The translations under genes and the position numbers were made by a program. The notes under the pieces were generated by a model, which saw only the letters and a list, made by a program, of their open reading frames with translations, had not been told where the DNA came from and made no database searches. Shown here one piece after another: positions 25,945 to 32,000 of a DNA stretch of 32,000 nt (within the stretch, counting starts at the first letter, position 1; every line of letters starts with the position of its first letter). This stretch comes from Breznakia blatticola (GTDB lineage Bacteria; Bacillota_I; Bacilli_A; Erysipelotrichales; Erysipelotrichaceae), in assembly GCF_004365815.1 (NCBI RefSeq), contig NZ_SODD01000004.1, positions 60,001 through 92,000 of the forward strand. Direction: 5' to 3'.

Positions 25945-27684
25945 ATGAAACGAACACATAACAATGGAGAATTGCGTTTAAGCAATGTAAATGAAGAAGT
26001 AACCTTAATTGGTTGGGTAAGTAAGCGTCGTAATTTTGGAGCCCTTGTATTTATTGACTTACGAGACCGTTATGGTATTACACAGTTAGTCTTTGATGAA
26101 CAACTTGCTAAACATATTACAAATGTACGTAATGAATACATCTTAAAAGTAGATGGAGTTGTTGCTGAACGTAAAGATAAAAACCCAAAACTAGCAACTG
26201 GTGATATTGAAATTAAAGTAAAAGGTGTTGAAATTGTAAATACAGCAGAAACTACACCACTAATTATTGCAGATGAAACAGATGCATTAGAAGATACACG
26301 TCTTGTATATCGTTACTTAGATTTACGTCGTCCTGTGATGCAAAATAAAATGATGTTACGTCATAAAATCACAAAAACGATGCGTAATTTCTTAGATGAT
26401 CAAGAGTTTCTTGAAATTGAAACACCGATCCTAACAAAATCAACACCTGAAGGTGCACGTGACTACTTAGTGCCTAGTCGTATTCATGAAGGTGAATTCT
26501 ACGCACTTCCGCAGTCTCCACAATTGTTTAAACAATTGCTGATGATTTCAGGGTTTGAAAAATACTACCAAGTTGCACGTTGTTTTAGAGATGAAGATTT
26601 ACGTGCAGACCGTCAACCTGACTTTACACAAGTGGACATTGAAATGTCATTTATGTCAGAAGAAGAAATTCAAACCATGTTAGAAAACATGATGGTAAAG
26701 GTTATGAAAGAAACTTTAGACTACGATTTAAAAGTTCCATTCTTGCGTTTACCATATGAAGAAGCAATGAATCGTTATGGTTCAGATAAACCAGACAATC
26801 GCTTTGGTATTGAATTAAAAGATATCAAAGGAGTTTTTGAACATTCAGAATTTAAAGTGTTCAAGGGTGTAGAAAGCATTAAAGCCATTGTTGTGCCAGA
26901 ACAAGCAAGCCTATCAAGAAAAGAAATTGATAAACTTACTGATCTTGCAAAAAAATATGGAGCAGGGGGACTTGTTTCCTTAAAATTTGTAGATGATGCA
27001 CTACAAGGTGGAGTTGTGAAATTCTTCAGTGATACCGAAATTGCTGAACTGATTACTGTACTAAACCTACAAAACAATGATTTAGTACTTATTAGTAGTG
27101 ATACATGGCAAACAACATGTGAAGTACTTGGTGCATTACGTTTACACTTTGCTGATGTACTACAACTTACAAGTAAAGATGATTTCTCATTCTTATGGGT
27201 AACAGATTTCCCACTTGTGGAATACGATAAAGAAGATGGTCGTTATTATGCAAAACACCACCCATTTACACGTCCAAAAGATGAAGATTTAAAATACCTA
27301 GATACAGCTCCTGAGAAAGTTCATGCAGCTGCATACGACATGGTATTAAATGGATATGAAATTGGTGGAGGATCCCTTCGTATTTACGATAATGAAGTCC
27401 AAAAGAAAATGTTTAAGATTTTAGGTTTCTCTGATGAAGAAATTCAAGAACGATTTGGTTTCTTTGTGGATGCATTTAAATATGGAACACCACCACATGG
27501 TGGATTTGCATATGGACTTGACCGTGTTGCGATGATTTTAAGTAAATCTGACTCAATTCGTGATGTTATTGCATTCCCTAAAAATGCTGCTGCACGTTGT
27601 CCAATGACAGGTGCACCAGGTAAAGTTGATGACAAACAACTTGAAGAGTTGCATTTACAAGTCATTTATAGCGAAAAAGAGTAA
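25945..27684 (+). CDS. aspS: Aspartyl-tRNA synthetase
   Basis: N-terminal OB fold (V.L.GWV...R..G...FIDLRD..G), class II motifs (QSPQLFKQLLM, FRDEDLRADRQPDFTQ, GGGSLRI, GLDR) and a bacterial GAD insertion domain. Confidence 0.95.
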   Translation: MKRTHNNGELRLSNVNEEVTLIGWVSKRRNFGALVFIDLRDRYGITQLVFDEQLAKHITNVRNEYILKVDGVVAERKDKNPKLATGDIEIKVKGVEIVNTAETTPLIIADETDALEDTRLVYRYLDLRRPVMQNKMMLRHKITKTMRNFLDDQEFLEIETPILTKSTPEGARDYLVPSRIHEGEFYALPQSPQLFKQLLMISGFEKYYQVARCFRDEDLRADRQPDFTQVDIEMSFMSEEEIQTMLENMMVKVMKETLDYDLKVPFLRLPYEEAMNRYGSDKPDNRFGIELKDIKGVFEHSEFKVFKGVESIKAIVVPEQASLSRKEIDKLTDLAKKYGAGGLVSLKFVDDALQGGVVKFFSDTEIAELITVLNLQNNDLVLISSDTWQTTCEVLGALRLHFADVLQLTSKDDFSFLWVTDFPLVEYDKEDGRYYAKHHPFTRPKDEDLKYLDTAPEKVHAAAYDMVLNGYEIGGGSLRIYDNEVQKKMFKILGFSDEEIQERFGFFVDAFKYGTPPHGGFAYGLDRVAMILSKSDSIRDVIAFPKNAAARCPMTGAPGKVDDKQLEELHLQVIYSEKE

Positions 27685-27730
27685 AAGCATAAATAACTTG
27701 GTTGTCAAGACTGCACTTTACCAAACAAAC

Positions 27731-27739
27731 TGATATAAT
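27731..27739 (+). promoter_or_regulatory. Perfect extended -10 promoter (TGaTATAAT) for the sRNA unit
   Basis: Read at 27731-27739. There is no convincing -35. The predicted start is near 27744-27746. Confidence 0.55.
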
Positions 27740-27745
27740 ATACAT

Positions 27746-27896
27746 GTCTAGGAGTTACATATTTTCCGACACTTTGAGATAAGGGATTTTAGAAGTTGTA
27801 TCACTGTGTTGAACGCCTTTGCATTGCTTAGGAATCCTAGTGTGGTACACAGAAAACCCACCTGCTAAAACAGGGAAAGATCTCCTCCTAGACAAT
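27746..27896 (+). ncRNA. Structured stand-alone sRNA, candidate 6S RNA (SsrS/BsrA-like)
   Basis: No ORF. A 9-bp perfect terminal helix joins GTCTAGGAG (27746-27754) with CTCCTAGAC (27885-27893). Interior helices are GGGaTTTT (27783-27790) with AAAACCC (27853-27859), and CTGTGT (27804-27809) with ACACAG (27847-27852). The unit has its own promoter and terminator. It lies directly downstream of aspS, where B. subtilis carries 6S-1 (bsrA). Confidence 0.5.
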
Positions 27897-27905
27897 AATA
27901 TAAAC

Positions 27906-27929
27906 AAAAAGCACGCTTGTGCTTTTTTT
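27906..27929 (+). terminator. Intrinsic terminator closing the sRNA unit
   Basis: AAAAAGCAC (27906-27914), loop gctt, GTGCTTTTT (27919-27927) running into T7. Confidence 0.8.
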
Positions 27930-27943
27930 GTTTATACAGAGAA

Positions 27944-27960
27944 ATTTGTTACATACAAAT
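27944..27960. promoter_or_regulatory. Degenerate AraR-box-like inverted repeat ATTTGTtacatACAAAT
   Basis: The 6-bp arms are identical to those of the box at 28015-28030, but the centre is 5 nt (17 bp in total). Confidence 0.45.
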
Positions 27961-28014
27961 CGGTGTAAATCTTTGCTATTTTACGATTTCATATGAATAT
28001 TTTACGGACTTTTT

Positions 28015-28030
28015 ATTTGTACGTACAAAT
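28015..28030. promoter_or_regulatory. AraR operator (perfect 16-bp palindrome ATTTGTACGTACAAAT)
   Basis: Read directly. It matches the TTGTACGTACAA core described for Bacillus/Clostridium AraR boxes and lies 63 nt upstream of the araR start. Confidence 0.8.
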
Positions 28031-28092
28031 TGTGGATTTTCGATTGAAAGTCCATTTTTATTTTGTTAAGGTATGCATGAAAAGAGGGTATT

Positions 28093-29184
28093 ATGACAAA
28101 AGCAAAGTACATGGTAGTTGCAAATTGGATCAAGGACCAAATTGATAAGGGGTCACTTCATCATGGAGATAAAATTCAAACAGAAGCAAAAATATCCAAA
28201 CAGTTTGGATATTCAAGACAAACAATTAGACAAGCAATCTCATTATTGATTAATGAGGGTTTATTGGAATCAACACAAGGTTCAGGAACGTATGTTAAGA
28301 AAAGCAAGAGAAGTGAAAAGGAAAGTAAAGTTGTAGGAGTAATTACAACCTATAATACAGATTATATTTTCCCTAGGATCTTAGGTGGAATTGAAGAGGT
28401 ACTTGCAGATCATGAATATGCGATGCAACTTGGTTTTACACATAATCGCGTGAGTGATGAAAGACGGGCATTAGAACTTATGATTCAGTCAAATGTTGAT
28501 GGTTTTATTATTGAACCAACTCGAAGCGCCTTGCCAAATCCAAATATGGATTTGTATCAAAGCTTGATGGATCAAGGATATCCACTGTTATTCATCAATG
28601 CAAGTTATCAAGTATTACCATCCGTTCATGTTGCATTAGATGATCGCAAAACAGGACAAATGATTTATGAATATGTGTATGAAAGAGGACATAGAAGAAT
28701 CTTCTCTTTCTTTAAATATGATGATATCCAAGGACATTTGCGATATTCAGGAGCTAATGATGCAAGTAAGTTACATGGCCAACAAATTAGTGATGAAGAT
28801 ATTTTTTGGTACAGTACGGATGATTTTGAAAAGGGCTTTATGAATGAAATGTTACTAGATAAGTTAAAGGATTATACAGCAATTCTTTGCTACAACGATG
28901 CACTAGCATATCAATTACTTGAGTTTTTGGAAGCGCATGATATCAAAGTGCCAGAACAGATATCCATTGTGTCTGTTGACCACACAGACTTTATTGGAAA
29001 AAGTGATGTGGAAATTACATCAGTTGCACATCCATTACAAAAACTTGGTAGTACAGCTGCAAAAACAATGTTAGAAATGATTCAAAAACCGACATATAAC
29101 AAGTCGGTGGACTTTCAACCAAAACTGGTTGAAGGAAATAGTGTAAAAAACATTCAACAAAATGGAGGAGGTTATGATGAATAG
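28093..29184 (+). CDS. araR: Arabinose operon repressor AraR (GntR-type wHTH fused to LacI/GalR-type sugar-binding domain)
   Basis: The N-terminus KY..V...I...I..G.L..GDKI.TE..IS.QFGYSRQTIRQAI..L..EGLL.S.QGSGTYV is GntR-like, and the C-terminal 290 aa are periplasmic-binding-fold. It precedes araA. Confidence 0.85.
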   Translation: MTKAKYMVVANWIKDQIDKGSLHHGDKIQTEAKISKQFGYSRQTIRQAISLLINEGLLESTQGSGTYVKKSKRSEKESKVVGVITTYNTDYIFPRILGGIEEVLADHEYAMQLGFTHNRVSDERRALELMIQSNVDGFIIEPTRSALPNPNMDLYQSLMDQGYPLLFINASYQVLPSVHVALDDRKTGQMIYEYVYERGHRRIFSFFKYDDIQGHLRYSGANDASKLHGQQISDEDIFWYSTDDFEKGFMNEMLLDKLKDYTAILCYNDALAYQLLEFLEAHDIKVPEQISIVSVDHTDFIGKSDVEITSVAHPLQKLGSTAAKTMLEMIQKPTYNKSVDFQPKLVEGNSVKNIQQNGGGYDE

Positions 29185-30658
29185 TTTGAAAAAGTACAAT
29201 TTTTGGTTCGTGGTGGGATCTCAAGATTTATATGGTGAAGAAACATTAAAACAAGTAGATGAACACACAAAAATTATGGTTGATGGGTGGAATAAAGATC
29301 CAAATATTATTGGAACGATTGTTTGGAAACCAGTCGTACGAAATGCAAAAGAAATTAAGGATACAATCGTTGCTGCAAACAATGATGAAAACTGTGCAGG
29401 TGTAATAACGTGGATGCACACATTTAGTCCAAGCAAGATGTGGATTCCAGGTTTTAAGGTGTTAAATAAACCATTGTTACATGTGAATACACAGTTTAAT
29501 CGTGATATTCCGTGGAATGAAATTGATATGGACTTTATGAACTTAAACCAAGCAGCACATGGAGATCGTGAACATGGATACATCATTGCGCGTATGCGTA
29601 TGAATCAAAAAGTAATTAGCGGACATTGGGAAGATGAAAACCAAAGAAAGCGTATGGGTTCTTGGATGCGTGCAGCAATTGGTGCAGCAGAATCAAATAA
29701 AACTCGGGTTATGCGTATTTCAGATAACATGCGTGATGTCGCAGTTACAGATGGAGACAAAGTAGAAGCTGCAATTAAACTTGGTTGGACAGTGGACCAC
29801 TATGGAGTTGGTGATATTATACGCATGGTAAATGAAGTTAGTGATGCGGAAATCGATGCACAAATGAAAGAATATGAAACACACTACCATATAGCAACAA
29901 AAAATTTAGATGCTGTACGTTATCAAGCAAAAGAAGAAGTTGCAATCGAAAAAGCAATGAAAGAATTTGGAGACTATAATGCTTTCCATACAAACTTCCA
30001 GGACTTACAAGAATTAAAACAATTGCCAGGATTAGCCGCACAAGATTTAGAACGCAAAGGATATGGTTTTGCTGGTGAAGGTGACTGGAAAACAGCGGCA
30101 ATGACACGAATCATGAAAGCGATGACGATTGATAAAAATGGTGGAACTGGATTTATGGAAGACTATACGTATAACTTTGATCCAGAAAATGGAATGAATA
30201 TGGGTGCACATATGTTAGAAGTATGTCCAACATTAGCAGAATCCACACCAAATATTGAAGTACATGATTTAGGAATCGGAGATCGTGAAGCACCTGCGCG
30301 TTTAACTTTTAAAGCAAAAGCAGAACCAGCAATTCTTGTGACGCTTGTAGATATGGGAGATCGTTTCCGAATGATTTGTCATGATGTAGTGTGTCAAAAA
30401 CAAGAACACGAAATGCCAAAGTTACCAGTAGCTGGTGTTTTATGGAAGCCATTGCCTGATTTAGAATCAAGTACAGAAGCATGGATTTATGCTGGTGGAG
30501 CACACCACTGTACTATTAGCTATGATTTAACTGCAGAAGAAATGCGAGACTTTGCAGAAATCATGAATATTGAATTTATCCACATTGGTAAAGACTTAGA
30601 TTTACCATCATTTAGAAGAGAACTACAATACAACGATCTTATTTGGAAGTTAAAATAG
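29174..30658 (+). CDS. araA: L-arabinose isomerase
   Basis: [18 protein letters not shown] and [17 protein letters not shown], collinear with B. subtilis and E. coli AraA. The start is ATG 29174 or 29177, after GGAGGAGG (29164-29171). It overlaps the araR 3' end. Confidence 0.95.
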   Translation: MMNSLKKYNFWFVVGSQDLYGEETLKQVDEHTKIMVDGWNKDPNIIGTIVWKPVVRNAKEIKDTIVAANNDENCAGVITWMHTFSPSKMWIPGFKVLNKPLLHVNTQFNRDIPWNEIDMDFMNLNQAAHGDREHGYIIARMRMNQKVISGHWEDENQRKRMGSWMRAAIGAAESNKTRVMRISDNMRDVAVTDGDKVEAAIKLGWTVDHYGVGDIIRMVNEVSDAEIDAQMKEYETHYHIATKNLDAVRYQAKEEVAIEKAMKEFGDYNAFHTNFQDLQELKQLPGLAAQDLERKGYGFAGEGDWKTAAMTRIMKAMTIDKNGGTGFMEDYTYNFDPENGMNMGAHMLEVCPTLAESTPNIEVHDLGIGDREAPARLTFKAKAEPAILVTLVDMGDRFRMICHDVVCQKQEHEMPKLPVAGVLWKPLPDLESSTEAWIYAGGAHHCTISYDLTAEEMRDFAEIMNIEFIHIGKDLDLPSFRRELQYNDLIWKLK

Positions 30659-30666
30659 GTGACTAT

Positions 30667-31368
30667 ATGTATAAGAAGTTAAAACAAAGAGTATTAGATG
30701 CAAATCTACTCTTACCTAAACATGGATTAATAACTTTCACATGGGGAAATGTTTCTGAGATTGACCGTGAACATCAAGTTGTAGCTATTAAGCCAAGTGG
30801 GGTTGAATATGACAACATGAAAGTAGAAGATATCGTTGTTGTCGATATGGAAGGAAATGTCGTAGAAGGTTCTTTGAAACCTTCTAGCGACTTAATGACT
30901 CATCTAGCTTTTTATAAAGCATGGCCACAAGTGCATGGTGTTGTACATACACACTCACGCTGGGCAACTTCATTTGCACAAGCTGGATATGGAATTCCTG
31001 CTTTTGGAACCACACAAGCCGATTACTTTTATGGTGAAATTCCATGCACAAGGAAAATGACGAATGATGAAATTCATGGTAACTATGAACTTGAAACAGG
31101 GAACGTGATTATCGAGACATTTGCAGATAAGAAACTAAATCCTGTAGATGTTCCAGCTGTTCTTGTTCATTCGCATGGTCCATTTGCCTGGGGAAACGAT
31201 GCTTTTGATGCTGTCCATAATGCAGTTGTTATGGAAGAATGTGCAGCGATGGCATTTACAACATTGCAATTACATCAAGGAAAAGCAGATGTGATGCAAC
31301 AAGAATTATTGGACAAGCATTTCAAAAGAAAACATGGTCCAAATGCGTATTATGGACAGGGGAAGTAG
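30667..31368 (+). CDS. araD: L-ribulose-5-phosphate 4-epimerase
   Basis: [42 protein letters not shown] and [18 protein letters not shown], closely similar to E. coli AraD. The start is ATG 30667, not TTG 30643. Confidence 0.95.
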   Translation: MYKKLKQRVLDANLLLPKHGLITFTWGNVSEIDREHQVVAIKPSGVEYDNMKVEDIVVVDMEGNVVEGSLKPSSDLMTHLAFYKAWPQVHGVVHTHSRWATSFAQAGYGIPAFGTTQADYFYGEIPCTRKMTNDEIHGNYELETGNVIIETFADKKLNPVDVPAVLVHSHGPFAWGNDAFDAVHNAVVMEECAAMAFTTLQLHQGKADVMQQELLDKHFKRKHGPNAYYGQGK

Positions 31369-31370
31369 GT

Positions 31371-32000
31371 ATGGCAATAACTGTAAAAAAAATAAATGAT
31401 CAATTGGAACAGTATACACTGACTTCCAAAGATCTAAGTGTTAAAATTATCAATTTAGGGGCAACGATTACCCATATTATCTACAATGAAGATGGTATGG
31501 ATGTAGTTTTGGGACAACCAACAGTAAATGATTATCCAAATGATGATACATACTTTGGAGCAACGATTGGACGCTTTGCTAACCGTATTCGTAATGGGAA
31601 ATTCACACTCAACAATATAGATTATCAATTAGCAACAAACAATGGTCCTAATGCATTACATGGTGGTCCTACAGGATTTCATATGCGCTATTTTGATGCA
31701 CAAATTGATAATGACATACTTACATTACATTACACAAGTAAAGATGGTGAAGAAGGATATCCAGGAAATTTAGATTTCAATGTATCTTTTCAATTAAAAG
31801 AAAATACACTTGTTGTTACATATAAAGCGCAAAGTGATGCAGATACAGTTATAAACTTCACAAACCATACATACTTTGCTTTACAAGGGCAAGGCAATGG
31901 TGAAATTGTTGATCAAATCATGAGTTCAACAGCACCTTTGTATGCACCTGGGGATGCAGATCGTTTGGTAACTGGAAAATTAGTTGATGTCAAAGGTACG
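31371..32000 (+). CDS. galM: Aldose 1-epimerase (mutarotase), 3' end beyond the window
   Basis: This ORF is not in the supplied track because it is open-ended. ATG 31371 lies 2 nt after the araD stop, and the frame stays open to nt 32000. My translation contains FGATIGRFANRI, GPNALHGGPTGFH, EEGYPGNL and NFTNHTYFAL. Confidence 0.85.
   Translation, partial: MAITVKKINDQLEQYTLTSKDLSVKIINLGATITHIIYNEDGMDVVLGQPTVNDYPNDDTYFGATIGRFANRIRNGKFTLNNIDYQLATNNGPNALHGGPTGFHMRYFDAQIDNDILTLHYTSKDGEEGYPGNLDFNVSFQLKENTLVVTYKAQSDADTVINFTNHTYFALQGQGNGEIVDQIMSSTAPLYAPGDADRLVTGKLVDVKGT

Noticed and set aside
1-32000. A search for CRISPR arrays, transposases, integrases, phage genes, restriction-modification or toxin-antitoxin pairs, long direct or inverted repeats, tRNA and rRNA genes.
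   Set aside because: None seen. The only dispersed repeat is the conserved 3' half of the two T-box leaders (about 4626-4662 versus 24168-24203), which is explained by riboswitch function. All large minus-strand ORFs are antisense artefacts.

Overview
AT-rich window with 33 protein-coding genes, all on the + strand. It is mostly core housekeeping sequence from a low-GC Bacillota-type genome. Gene order follows well-known Bacillus subtilis blocks: ytpR - acidic ORF - murC - ytxG/ytxH-like - ccpA-like - T-box - tyrS; lipoprotein - ytgP(murJ)-like - rsuA - thyA - folA - pdp - nadE; comN-like - secDF - recJ - apt - relA; then T-box - tfoX_N-like - hisS - aspS, a stand-alone structured sRNA (candidate 6S RNA), and an AraR-controlled araR-araA-araD-galM cluster that runs off the right edge. 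I saw no rRNA, tRNA, CRISPR array, transposase, integrase, phage, restriction-modification or recognisable defence genes. I could not find a convincing new multi-gene system. The only accessory-looking stretch is a five-gene insert between relA and the hisS leader (20652-23912). It encodes membrane proteins, a TetR regulator and one small orphan. The leads most worth checking are: the ORF-less sRNA unit after aspS; a TfoX_N-domain gene sitting inside the T-box-controlled hisS-aspS operon; signs that this T-box reads tRNA-Asp rather than tRNA-His; a Cys/His-rich tail on HisRS; an apparently leaderless recJ; and a GC-rich palindromic operator in front of a TetR/hemolysin-III pair. All functional calls rest on motifs and synteny read by eye. 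No database search was run.
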